Positions 51,164 to 61,182 of a stretch of DNA of 64,000 nucleotides are shown one piece after another. The position numbers and the translations under genes are program-made. The stretch covers positions 15,860 through 79,859 of the forward strand of contig JAOASJ010000008.1 in the NCBI GenBank assembly GCA_030158725.1. The letters are read 5' to 3'. The stretch's first letter is position 1. Every line of letters begins with the position of its first letter. The notes under the pieces are model-generated. The model had not been told where the DNA came from. It made no database searches and was given only the letters and a program-made list of their open reading frames with translations. Source of the DNA: Bacteroidia bacterium (GTDB lineage: Bacteria > Bacteroidota > Bacteroidia > NS11-12g > UBA955).

Positions 51164-51302
51164 AGCCTGAAGATTTTCAGACTAAATTTCATTCAACTAT
51201 CTAACAATCAAGCCAAAACGCAAATTTTTGTTTTTTGAAATAATTTGATTTACCTATTCTAGAATAAAGTAAAAATGAGTAACTTTGCAGAAAAATTGAA
51301 GT

Positions 51303-54011
51303 ATGCTCTCAAACTCGTATCTTAGCAATGCCGATGTCAACTATATTGACGATTTATACAAGCAATACCAAAGCGATAATCAATCGGTTGATTTCGGATG
51401 GCAAAAATTCTTTGAAGGATTTGATTTAGGTACAGGGAAAAACATCCCTGGTTCTGCCGCTATCAGTGAAGATGCGATTAAGGAAATCAATGTATTAAAT
51501 TTAATCAATGCCTACAGAACACGTGGTCATTTATTTACAAAGACCAACCCTGTTAGAGAGCGTCGCAAATATGTTCCGACCCTTGATCTTGCTAACTTCG
51601 GTTTGTCAGACAAAGATTTAGAAACCACATTTAATGCTGGTCATGAATTGGGAATTGGTTCTGCAAAACTAAAAGACATTGTTTCTCATTTACAAAGTAC
51701 GTATTGCGAAAGCATTGGTGCTGAATATTTGCATATTGGTGATCCGGTTAAAATTGAATGGTTGAGAAAGTTAATGGAAACCACCAAAAACCAACCAAAC
51801 TTAAGCATAGACGAGAAAAAACAATGCTTAAACAAATTGAACCAAGCAACTGCATTTGAAAACTTTTTACACACCAAATTCATTGGTCAAAAACGTTTTT
51901 CATTAGAAGGTTTGGAATGCCTTATCCCTGCCCTAGACAGTGTGATTCACTATGGTGCAGAGTTGGGTGTAAACGAATTTGTAATGGGTATGGCTCACAG
52001 AGGACGTTTGAATGTTCTGGCAAATATCTTTAACAAAACTTACTCAGATATATTCAGTGAATTTGAAGGAAAGGTTTTCCAAGACGATCAATTTGAAGGT
52101 GACGTAAAATACCACTTAGGTTATACAACCATAGTGAATACGCCAAATGGCAAAGAGGTGAAATTAAAACTATCTCCTAACCCATCCCACCTTGAAGCGG
52201 TTAATCCAGTCGTTAAAGGTATGGTGCGTGCGAAACTTGACCATGTTTACAACAACGACATCAATAAAGTTTGCCCAATCCTAATCCACGGAGATGCGGC
52301 TATATCTGGCCAAGGTATCGTATATGAAGTGATACAAATGAGCAATTTGGAAGCCAATAGAATTGGTGGAACCATGCACATTGTAACCAACAACCAAATT
52401 GGGTTTACCACCAATTACACCGACAGCAGAACCAGTATCTATTGCACCGATGTGGCTAAAACAACGAATTGCCCAGTATTCCATGTAAACGGCGACGATG
52501 TTGAAGCAGTGGTTCATACCATCAAAATGGCAATGGCATACCGCAATGAATTCAATTGCGATGTGTTTATCGATTTATTAGGTTATAGAAAATATGGACA
52601 CAACGAAGGTGATGAGCCTCGTTTCACCCAACCATTGTTATACAAAATCATTTCTTCTCACCCTAACCCTAGAGAAATTTACAAAGAGAAATTAATTTCT
52701 AGAGGTGAAATCGACGCAGAAATTGCGCGTGAGATGGAAGAAAAATTCAAACAATTGTTGCAGGTAACCCTTGACGATGTTAAGCAAAACAAGGCACCTG
52801 AGTCAAAATTAAAAATCGATGATCTTTGGAAAGATTACCACTTCCCAGTAAAAGAAGATTTCGAAAAAACAGCAAACACTGTGTTTGATGCAAAACGCTG
52901 GGCTGAATTGGCAAACAAAATCAACCAATTGCCAGCAGACAATTTGCCAATTAAAAAGGTTCAACAATTGTATGAAGGCAGAATCAAAATGATAGCCGAC
53001 GACAAATTTGATTGGGCTATGGGTGAATTAATGGCCTATGCAACCTTATTGGATGAAGGTCATTCGGTAAGATTGGCTGGACAAGATTGTGAACGCGGAA
53101 CCTTCAGTCACCGTCACGCCTTGGTTAAAAAAGAAGATTCAGAAGCAGAGTATACGCCACTTCAACATATAAGCGACAAACAAGGTCAGTTTTACATTTA
53201 CAACTCTTTATTGAGTGAGTATGCAGAACTGGGATTTGAATATGGCTATAGCACCACCACGCCAAACCATTTAACCATATGGGAAGCACAGTTTGGTGAC
53301 TTCGCTAATGGTGCTCAAATTATGATTGACCAATTTATTGCCAGTGCAGGCACCAAATGGGGTCAATACAGTGGATTGGTTTTATTGTTACCTCACGGTT
53401 ATGAAGGCCAAGGACCAGAACACTCATCTGCACGTTTAGAGCGTTTCTTACAATTAAGCGCTAACAACAACATGCAAGTGGTTTATTGTTCTACACCAGC
53501 CAATTTGTACCACGCTTTCCGCAGACAATTGAAACGCGACTTTAGAGTTCCTTTGGTGGTAATGACTCCTAAGAGTTTATTGCGTCACCCACTTTGCGTA
53601 AGCAATGCTGCAGATTTTACCAATGGTCAATTCCAAGAATTAATCAATGATAAAAATGCAGATCCTAAAAAAGTAAAACGTGTTTTATTCTGCACAGGTA
53701 AGATTTACTACGAATTGTTGGCAAAACAAGAAGCAGAAAAAAGATCTGATATTGCAATCGTAAGGGTTGAACAATTATATCCATTGCCAGAAACACAAAT
53801 GAAAGCTGTATTTGAACAATACAAAAACGCTGAATTTGCATGGGTACAAGAAGAGCCAAGAAACATGGGAACATGGATGCACTTAGGCCGTTACGATTTC
53901 CCAGTAGCCTTAAAATATATTGGAAGAAAAAGTTCAGCCAGTCCAGCCACAGGATTTAAAAAGACCCACGACAAAGAACAAGAAGCCATTTTAAACGAAG
54001 CGTTTGCTTAA
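51303..54011 (+). CDS. sucA: 2-oxoglutarate dehydrogenase E1
   Basis: KRFSLEG, GMAHRGRLN, HGDAA, GHNEGDEP, RGTFSHRH, WEAQFGDF, LPHGYEGQGPEHSS. Confidence 0.97.
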   Translation: MLSNSYLSNADVNYIDDLYKQYQSDNQSVDFGWQKFFEGFDLGTGKNIPGSAAISEDAIKEINVLNLINAYRTRGHLFTKTNPVRERRKYVPTLDLANFGLSDKDLETTFNAGHELGIGSAKLKDIVSHLQSTYCESIGAEYLHIGDPVKIEWLRKLMETTKNQPNLSIDEKKQCLNKLNQATAFENFLHTKFIGQKRFSLEGLECLIPALDSVIHYGAELGVNEFVMGMAHRGRLNVLANIFNKTYSDIFSEFEGKVFQDDQFEGDVKYHLGYTTIVNTPNGKEVKLKLSPNPSHLEAVNPVVKGMVRAKLDHVYNNDINKVCPILIHGDAAISGQGIVYEVIQMSNLEANRIGGTMHIVTNNQIGFTTNYTDSRTSIYCTDVAKTTNCPVFHVNGDDVEAVVHTIKMAMAYRNEFNCDVFIDLLGYRKYGHNEGDEPRFTQPLLYKIISSHPNPREIYKEKLISRGEIDAEIAREMEEKFKQLLQVTLDDVKQNKAPESKLKIDDLWKDYHFPVKEDFEKTANTVFDAKRWAELANKINQLPADNLPIKKVQQLYEGRIKMIADDKFDWAMGELMAYATLLDEGHSVRLAGQDCERGTFSHRHALVKKEDSEAEYTPLQHISDKQGQFYIYNSLLSEYAELGFEYGYSTTTPNHLTIWEAQFGDFANGAQIMIDQFIASAGTKWGQYSGLVLLLPHGYEGQGPEHSSARLERFLQLSANNNMQVVYCSTPANLYHAFRRQLKRDFRVPLVVMTPKSLLRHPLCVSNAADFTNGQFQELINDKNADPKKVKRVLFCTGKIYYELLAKQEAEKRSDIAIVRVEQLYPLPETQMKAVFEQYKNAEFAWVQEEPRNMGTWMHLGRYDFPVALKYIGRKSSASPATGFKKTHDKEQEAILNEAFA

Positions 54012-54018
54012 TTAAGGT

Positions 54019-54783
54019 TTGAAATTATTTTACAAACAATATGGCGGAACTGGAGAACCAATTTTTATTCTCCATGGAATATTCGGCATGTTGGACAATT
54101 GGCACAATATTGCAAGGCAATTAAGCGAGCAATTCCAAGTCTTTACCATCGACGCCCGCAACCACGGACAGTCGCCCCACAGCCCTGAAATGAATTATAC
54201 ATTGATGGCTGAGGACGTTTTCGAATTGGCAGATGACTTAGGATTTGAAACATTTAATTTAATGGGACATAGCATGGGTGGGAAAACCGCTATGCTGTGC
54301 GCATTGATGCACCCTGAGAGAATCAAACGACTAATGGTGGTAGACATAGCTCCTAAGGGGTATAAACCTGGTCACGAAGCTTATTTCAACGCTTTCCAAG
54401 ACATCAATTGGTCTGTTTTACAAAACCGTAAAGAAATTGACGAAGCATTAATGGAATATGAAGCCGATGCAGGTGTTCGTTTATTCTTAGCCAAAAATAT
54501 AGAGCGCAGAGATGAAGGCGGCTTTGCTGTTAAAAGCAATATCCATGCGATCAAAAATGCCTATCAAGGTATTATAGGCGATTTTCCAATATCAGGAAAA
54601 TATTCAGGACCAAGTATTTTTATTCTGGGGGCCAATTCTAAATATTTGAACGAGGATGATAAAGTAAAGGTTCAAGCACATTTTCCAAATGCAGAATACA
54701 GCAGCATTCCTAACGCAGGACATTGGGTACATGCCGATAACCCAAAAGCATTTATGGAAACTTTGAATTTATTTTTGAATTAA
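54019..54783 (+). CDS. Alpha/beta hydrolase (YbfF-like esterase)
   Basis: LHGIFG..NW, DARNHG, GHSMGG, AGHWVHA. Confidence 0.85.
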   Translation: MKLFYKQYGGTGEPIFILHGIFGMLDNWHNIARQLSEQFQVFTIDARNHGQSPHSPEMNYTLMAEDVFELADDLGFETFNLMGHSMGGKTAMLCALMHPERIKRLMVVDIAPKGYKPGHEAYFNAFQDINWSVLQNRKEIDEALMEYEADAGVRLFLAKNIERRDEGGFAVKSNIHAIKNAYQGIIGDFPISGKYSGPSIFILGANSKYLNEDDKVKVQAHFPNAEYSSIPNAGHWVHADNPKAFMETLNLFLN

Positions 54784-55959
54784 AAAAGCGTCAAGAAAGC
54801 GCTTGGAAACATTTTCAATATTGATTGAGTTTTCAATAATCGAAAGCGACTTTTGGCCCAATTTTTCTCTATCCGCATTAAACATTTTTTCTATTGCCAA
54901 ACATAGAGATTCTAAATCAGCGTCCTTGAAATAAAAGCCATTTTCACCCTCAAACACCAAGTGCTTTTCTGTGCCATCAGCAACAGAACAGATAATAGGT
55001 AAACTGTGGGCCATGGCTTCGTTAATAGACAAACCGCCCATTCCGGCAAGGACGTAGACGGACGACTTCAGAAATTCTACACTTTGGGCCTCCCCTTCAT
55101 AGATTGCACCCAGGAATTTTACATGATCATCCAATTGCATATCGGCACTCAATTTCTTTAAAGAAGCTTCCTCTTCCCCATTTCCAAGAATAGCCAATTC
55201 CAAATCAGGGTATTTATCTTTTAAAACATAAATAGCGCGAATAAGCAGATCAACATTTTTCCATTTCACAAGGCGACCAACATGAATTAATCTATGAGGA
55301 TTTGATTTTAAATCTGGGTATTTTGATTTCACCAATTCAATTGAACGGGCTAAATTTTCTGTATCAGGAGAATTATAGGTTACCGTAATTTTTGATTTTG
55401 ATAAGCCATAAGAACTTAGAATATCAATTCCCTTTTCTGTGTAGGTTAAGGCATAATCAAAAACAAAGGTGTACAAGCATTTTCTCAAGTATTTATGAAA
55501 ACGAAACAGCCAAACGTTGGAGAACATTTTTTCAGTCTTTTGGCTATCGACACAACGATCTGAGAAATCTTTTAAAGACTCATTGAAATAAGGAACGGTA
55601 AAAGGAATTTCACGGCCGTAGAGTTTAACCCCTGAGCTTTTCAATTTAATGGTAAGCAAAGGCATGAAAACAAAAGCGATGAAATAGGGCCAGCCCGTAA
55701 CAATGATATCCGGTTTTTCGTTTATTACCGCTTGGTGAAATCCTTTGAAAAACGGTTTGCCATACCAGGTTTTGTATTCTTCAAGTCGCAGCACCTTAAA
55801 TTCAATACCTTCATCGGTTTGGTGAACCCCGCTTCCAATGGTAGCGCCTTTGCTGCTTGGGGCAATAACGCAGACTTCAATATTGGGATTGGCATTAATT
55901 TTATTTAACACCTTATTGAAATAATGCGGCAGACCACCGAAGACAAAGAGTACCTTCAT
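54769..55959 (-). CDS. Glycosyltransferase family 4
   Basis: HVGRLVKWK, GLSINEAMA GT-B motif; start moved to MKVLF. Confidence 0.85.
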   Translation of the reverse strand: MKVLFVFGGLPHYFNKVLNKINANPNIEVCVIAPSSKGATIGSGVHQTDEGIEFKVLRLEEYKTWYGKPFFKGFHQAVINEKPDIIVTGWPYFIAFVFMPLLTIKLKSSGVKLYGREIPFTVPYFNESLKDFSDRCVDSQKTEKMFSNVWLFRFHKYLRKCLYTFVFDYALTYTEKGIDILSSYGLSKSKITVTYNSPDTENLARSIELVKSKYPDLKSNPHRLIHVGRLVKWKNVDLLIRAIYVLKDKYPDLELAILGNGEEEASLKKLSADMQLDDHVKFLGAIYEGEAQSVEFLKSSVYVLAGMGGLSINEAMAHSLPIICSVADGTEKHLVFEGENGFYFKDADLESLCLAIEKMFNADREKLGQKSLSIIENSINIENVSKRFLDAFLIQK

Positions 55960-56073
55960 TGAGGCAAAGGTAAGGAAATTGGGAAATAGTAAAAGATTCA
56001 CATAAGATAATCCGAATAAATATTAAATGGATTGGGGGCATTGGACTATATTTGCAATTCTACATTTATTACG

Positions 56074-56769
56074 ATGGGATACTGGAAAGACAAACTACCA
56101 ACTTGGCTATTTGATTTTATTGAAACAAAGAGGAAAAACTGGATTGGGAAACCTCAATTAACATACTCTGGCGAGGCTGAAGATTTAATTATTGAGAAAT
56201 TCACCAAGCATATTAAGAACGGCTGTTATGTCGATGTAGGGTGTTACCATCCAAAGGTTGGTTCTAATACGTATAAATTATTCAAGAAAGGTTGGTCAGG
56301 CATTAACATAGATCCTAACCCTGAAACCATACGCCTATTTAACCAATACCGCCCAAAGGACATCAATTTAAACATTGGTATTTCAGAGGTTGGAAGCAAT
56401 TTGACTTATTATGAATTTAAGGAAAGTGCAGTAAGTACTTTTTCTGAAGAGTTTTATAAAATGCGCTTGAATCAAGGGGCTAAATATGTTGGTTCAAAGA
56501 ACATCCCAACAAAAACTTTGGCTGAGGTTTTTGACGAAAAATTAAACGGAAGAAATATTGATGTATTGGATATAGACACAGAGGGCATTGACATTCAAGT
56601 TTTAAAATCAAACAACTGGGAAAAGTACAAACCAAGTGTCATATTGGTTGAAGACCAAGATGAAGAAGTTGAAAATTTAGAAAATTTAGAAACTTATAAA
56701 TTTTTAAAACCTTTGGGCTACAGACTAATTGCCAAAACCATTTCAACTGCCATTTACACCAAGTCATAG
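56074..56769 (+). CDS. FkbM family methyltransferase
   Basis: YVDVGCYHP..SNT, GWSGINIDP, IDTEG. Confidence 0.85.
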   Translation: MGYWKDKLPTWLFDFIETKRKNWIGKPQLTYSGEAEDLIIEKFTKHIKNGCYVDVGCYHPKVGSNTYKLFKKGWSGINIDPNPETIRLFNQYRPKDINLNIGISEVGSNLTYYEFKESAVSTFSEEFYKMRLNQGAKYVGSKNIPTKTLAEVFDEKLNGRNIDVLDIDTEGIDIQVLKSNNWEKYKPSVILVEDQDEEVENLENLETYKFLKPLGYRLIAKTISTAIYTKS

Positions 56770-56772
56770 TAT

Positions 56773-57639
56773 ATGATTATTTCCAAACTCAAAGCAATAA
56801 AACAGAATCTGGAAATCAATTTATTTCCATTGTCATATAAGAAGAAATATTTCGAACGTATTGATTCTTTAAATTGGAGTAACATTAAAAATAGAAATAT
56901 TGAAAACGAATTGTTGTTGATTCAATATTTTTTAGATTCAAACTCAACATTTATTGATGTTGGAGCAAACTTAGGCCAATATGTTTTCAAAGCAGAGGGC
57001 ATCATTCCAAGAAACAATATTTATGCTTTTGAGCCACATCCAGCGCTCAATAAGAGACTTTCTAAATTGTTCACTGGCATACATTTGTCTCAAGATGCCT
57101 TATCAGATGCTGAGGGAAATACACAATTTAAAATCCCCTATTTTAACAATAGAGAAATCCATACAAGAGGGACATTAAAAACAGAACATGTTGAAGTTGA
57201 TGAAACCAATTCTGTGTTAATTGATGTTCATATTTCTACTTTAGATAAATTTTCAGAAGTAAATAAAATTGAGAAAGTGTCTTTGGTTAAAATTGATGTT
57301 GAAGGCGCTGAATTTGATGTTATCAATGGTGCGGGCGAAATGATAAAAAAGTTTCAGCCTATATTTATTATAGAAATCGAGCAAAGGCATCATAAAACAC
57401 CAATTCTTGATTTTATAATGAACTTGGAAAAAACTGGCCAATACACCTGTTGTTATTTTGACACCATGGATCAGCAATTAAAGACTGATATTAAAGACAA
57501 AAAGATAGAAGACATTCAATCTTTGGACAACCATGGCAAGAACCGTTTATTTATCAATAACTTTATTTTCATTCCAGCCATGAATGCTGAGAATAAAATA
57601 GAAGAAATAAACACCAAGATAAGAAAAGCGGTAAGCTAA
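56773..57639 (+). CDS. FkbM family methyltransferase
   Basis: FIDVGANLG, AFEP, KIDVEGAE. Confidence 0.88.
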   Translation: MIISKLKAIKQNLEINLFPLSYKKKYFERIDSLNWSNIKNRNIENELLLIQYFLDSNSTFIDVGANLGQYVFKAEGIIPRNNIYAFEPHPALNKRLSKLFTGIHLSQDALSDAEGNTQFKIPYFNNREIHTRGTLKTEHVEVDETNSVLIDVHISTLDKFSEVNKIEKVSLVKIDVEGAEFDVINGAGEMIKKFQPIFIIEIEQRHHKTPILDFIMNLEKTGQYTCCYFDTMDQQLKTDIKDKKIEDIQSLDNHGKNRLFINNFIFIPAMNAENKIEEINTKIRKAVS

Positions 57640-58581
57640 TCAGCGCATTAGTTCATTCCCTACCAGCACTTCAACCATTTGTTTGAAGCTTAAAGAAGCT
57701 TCCCAATTGGTCAATTGTTTTAATTTAGAATTATCCCCTTGCAAAACAGTTACAGATTTCTTCAAAATAATATTTGAGTTAACCTTTACATAGTCTTTCC
57801 AATTGAGATTTAATTGCTCAAATGCAATGCTGACAAAATCCTCGATAGTGTGTAAACTTCCACTAGAAATAACAAAGACACCTGATTCTTCGACCTGCAA
57901 AATTGCGTGTGCCGCTTTTACATAATCGGGCGCAAAGCCCCAATCAATTTTGGCAGACAAATCGCCCAAAACCAATTCTGAAGCCTCCCCTTTAGAAATT
58001 TTAACAGCGGTTTCAATTATCTTTTTAGAAACAAATTTGGAACTTCTTTTAGGCGACTCGTGGTTATAAAAAACACCCACTGAGCAGAACACACCTTTTT
58101 GACGGTATAACTCGCAATACTGCATGCCTAAGACCTTGCTAACACCGTAAATAGAAACAGGGCAAAAAGGCGTTTCCTCATTTTGTATTAATGACTTGGT
58201 GCCACCAAAGATATGAGAAGAAGAAGCATAAAATAGTTTGCATTCCAATTTGTATTTGACAATGCATTCTAAAAAGTTTAAAAGACCATTTGCGTTAACA
58301 TCAATGGTATCTTTATAGAATTTCAAATCATCGTAAGACTGTTCTATAGACGATTGGTGCAAGGCCGCCAAATAATACAATTCATCAGGTTGTATTTGAC
58401 TAAAAAGGCTTTCGCAAAAAGCAAAATCTGTAATAAGACCATCTTTTATATCGAGGTGGTCTAAATTTAATCTAGACGAATTAGAGACACCAAACACTTC
58501 ATAGTTTTGGGCTTCTAGTGTCTGCGTTAAATAGAAACCATCTTGTCCAGAATGGCCAATAATGAGCGCTCGTTTTTTCAA
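57640..58581 (-). CDS. GDP-mannose 4,6-dehydratase-like SDR (catalytic Glu replaced by His)
   Basis: GHSGQDG, YGVSK, NHESPKR, DWGFA; ASSSH where GMD has ASTSE. Confidence 0.75.
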   Translation of the reverse strand: MKKRALIIGHSGQDGFYLTQTLEAQNYEVFGVSNSSRLNLDHLDIKDGLITDFAFCESLFSQIQPDELYYLAALHQSSIEQSYDDLKFYKDTIDVNANGLLNFLECIVKYKLECKLFYASSSHIFGGTKSLIQNEETPFCPVSIYGVSKVLGMQYCELYRQKGVFCSVGVFYNHESPKRSSKFVSKKIIETAVKISKGEASELVLGDLSAKIDWGFAPDYVKAAHAILQVEESGVFVISSGSLHTIEDFVSIAFEQLNLNWKDYVKVNSNIILKKSVTVLQGDNSKLKQLTNWEASLSFKQMVEVLVGNELMR

Positions 58582-58583
58582 GT

Positions 58584-59840
58584 TTACAGACTGTAAATTT
58601 CTATTTTCGGTAGAGGGAAAATCAATTTTCCACCATTTTGAAGAAACTCATTTTCTCTAACAATAATACCATCTCTAAAATGCCAAGGCAACACCAATAA
58701 ATAATCAGGGTTTTGAGCTTTAGCATCTTTCTCTGAAATAATTGGGATTAAAGTATTCGGAGTGAATGAACCAAATTTATCTGGGTTAACTTCTGCAATG
58801 CAATGAATATCGGCCTCAGTAATGCCGCAATATTGCAACAACACATTGCCTTTAGTAGAAGCACCATAACCGAAAATCTTTTTACCTTGAGATTTTAAAT
58901 CATTCAGTAAATCCATCAATTCAGTTCTATGCTTGCTTACATTTTCAGAAAAAGTTTTATATATTTCTAAACCTTGGTAACCGGCATTATTTTCTGCTTC
59001 AATTGCTTTGTTTAATTTCTCAGTTTGTATTGGAAGCGTTGAAATACTTTTAACTGCAGTAATTCTAAAACTACCACCATTGATGTTATTAAACTCAATA
59101 TCGGCAATTTTAAAACCTATTTTATCAAATATCCATTTAATTTGTTGGATAGCGTAGTATTCAAGATGCTCATGACAGATGGTATCATAAGACGTCGTAT
59201 CTATCATAGCTGGAAGATAACTTTGTTCAAACACCCAAACGCCATTGTCGTCTAAAACATCGTAGATGTCTTGAACAAATTTCAAAGGCGCCTCTAGGTC
59301 ATAAAACATAGCAATAGAGGTAATAACCTTAGCCTTTTTATTAAAAAGTTTATTGTAAGTATCAGCGCTAAAGAAATCGGCTGTGTTGTTAATATGACTT
59401 GGGTAATATTGTTTAAACTTGTTAGAGGTTGGGTCGATTACCATCAAATTCAAACCTTTATCCGATGGATAAGCTTGTAATAAAGTTGAGTCATTCCCTC
59501 CAATATCGATAATTACATCATCTGCATTTAATTCAACCAATTTGCAAATTTCAGCCACAACACTTTGCAGGTGTCTAACCATAGATTGGTTAAGACCTGA
59601 ACGGTAACCGTAATTTTCGCCATACATTTCGTTGCTGTCGTATGAATGGTGTAATTGAACCAAACCACAAACATCTTCACCATTTTGACTAAAACATTTA
59701 ACCAATTCTAATGGACCGCTGGTAATTTCGGTACTTTTGTTTTTCGGGAATACACCTGTCAACGTTTGTTCACCAAGGTGTAACAATGAAACTAAGTTTG
59801 AATTTCCACATATTCTACAGCAGTTGATTTTCTTATACAT
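58584..59840 (-). CDS. NDP-hexose C-methyltransferase (class I SAM, zinc-binding N-terminus)
   Basis: CRICG...C..CGLVQL, YGYRSG, DIGGND, HEH, GYGASTKG, LPWHF. Confidence 0.85.
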   Translation of the reverse strand: MYKKINCCRICGNSNLVSLLHLGEQTLTGVFPKNKSTEITSGPLELVKCFSQNGEDVCGLVQLHHSYDSNEMYGENYGYRSGLNQSMVRHLQSVVAEICKLVELNADDVIIDIGGNDSTLLQAYPSDKGLNLMVIDPTSNKFKQYYPSHINNTADFFSADTYNKLFNKKAKVITSIAMFYDLEAPLKFVQDIYDVLDDNGVWVFEQSYLPAMIDTTSYDTICHEHLEYYAIQQIKWIFDKIGFKIADIEFNNINGGSFRITAVKSISTLPIQTEKLNKAIEAENNAGYQGLEIYKTFSENVSKHRTELMDLLNDLKSQGKKIFGYGASTKGNVLLQYCGITEADIHCIAEVNPDKFGSFTPNTLIPIISEKDAKAQNPDYLLVLPWHFRDGIIVRENEFLQNGGKLIFPLPKIEIYSL

Positions 59841-59901
59841 TTCTTCTAGTCGATATTAATTCAGCAAATATAAGAAAATTCAACAAATTTCAGACTCGAT
59901 A

Positions 59902-61071
59902 TCAGATTAGTCTTTTGATTAATTCAGATGGTGAATATTGCAAGGAAATCTTCATTGCATTGGCTTTTAATTCACCAATAATTTCGGGCTTGTTTAACAA
60001 CTCTAAAAACAAATTATGCAAGTCGGAATACGCTTTAAATTTAACAACGGAATCTTTGAAATCTTTATCTAACACAAAGCTTTCAGGGAATATCCCTGGT
60101 TTAGCGCCTCTTATCATATGGAAAACAGCGGCGGTTTCTTTATTTTGAAGACTCAATGTATCATCTAACAAAATATTGCTCAAAATAATATCTGATTTAT
60201 ACAATTCTAAATCAAATTGTTTCACATCAATAAAGTAATTGTAAGAAAGAATATTCAGGCCCTTTTCTTCCATGACTTTAATTCTTTCAATTAATACGGT
60301 TTCACTCGGTGGAATAAATCCAAGTAGGTCAAAAATATAATTGGATTTGTAAAAATCTAAATTGGATTCAAGTACATCAAACAACTTGTTGTATTCTCTT
60401 CTAATTTGGGTCACTGAACCAGGAATACAAACTCTAATTTTAGAATTGCCTACTGATAAATCCTTATAAAAGTCGGGTTCAAAAATCAAGGTTGGAAACA
60501 CAATGGCCTTATCTGCATTCAAATAATTCTGTAAATGAAAACGCTGTGCTTCACTAAGAATGACAATATTCGTCCCATCCTTTGCAATCTTTCGAATGAA
60601 TTTTTTTCTATAGAAATCCCATACCACATCTTTCACAGAATATTTAATTTGTCTCATGAAATCAACTTTGTTCTTATCTTTAAAAAAGACATTATACAAA
60701 CGTTTCATTTGAATAATTAAAGCTGAATTATACCATAAATCGATGTTGTGAAAATGGAAAAAAACTTTACAATTTACATTTGGCTTGAAAAAGTAAAAGG
60801 CCTTGAAATATTTGGTTACGGTGGTGTAGTGTATTCTGTCTAAAGGATATTGCTTTATTAATTTAAAAAAATCATTCACATTGCTGTTCGGATCAAATAG
60901 CACATACTCTATTTGAGGCCCATCATTGTCTTGGGCCATGATTAAATCTTTTGCACCTTGGGTGGTAAAAACATAAATTTTATTCGCAGGATCACTTGCG
61001 TATGTTTTCAACACTGCATTCACCACCATGTAATGCTCTTTAACACATATTTCTAAAATTCCAATATTCAA
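59902..61071 (-). CDS. Putative divergent GT-B glycosyltransferase
   Basis: Location in glycan cluster, IPGSV...RREY motif; no clear family. Confidence 0.5.
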   Translation of the reverse strand: MNIGILEICVKEHYMVVNAVLKTYASDPANKIYVFTTQGAKDLIMAQDNDGPQIEYVLFDPNSNVNDFFKLIKQYPLDRIHYTTVTKYFKAFYFFKPNVNCKVFFHFHNIDLWYNSALIIQMKRLYNVFFKDKNKVDFMRQIKYSVKDVVWDFYRKKFIRKIAKDGTNIVILSEAQRFHLQNYLNADKAIVFPTLIFEPDFYKDLSVGNSKIRVCIPGSVTQIRREYNKLFDVLESNLDFYKSNYIFDLLGFIPPSETVLIERIKVMEEKGLNILSYNYFIDVKQFDLELYKSDIILSNILLDDTLSLQNKETAAVFHMIRGAKPGIFPESFVLDKDFKDSVVKFKAYSDLHNLFLELLNKPEIIGELKANAMKISLQYSPSELIKRLI

Positions 61072-61182
61072 ATTCTTTGTTCTTTAGTAAGCGCAAATAT
61101 ATAAAACGAGTACTAAAAACTACACGCTTGTCGAAATAACTTAATGAATCAATTATAATTAAGTTTAAATTTGCCGAACTAC

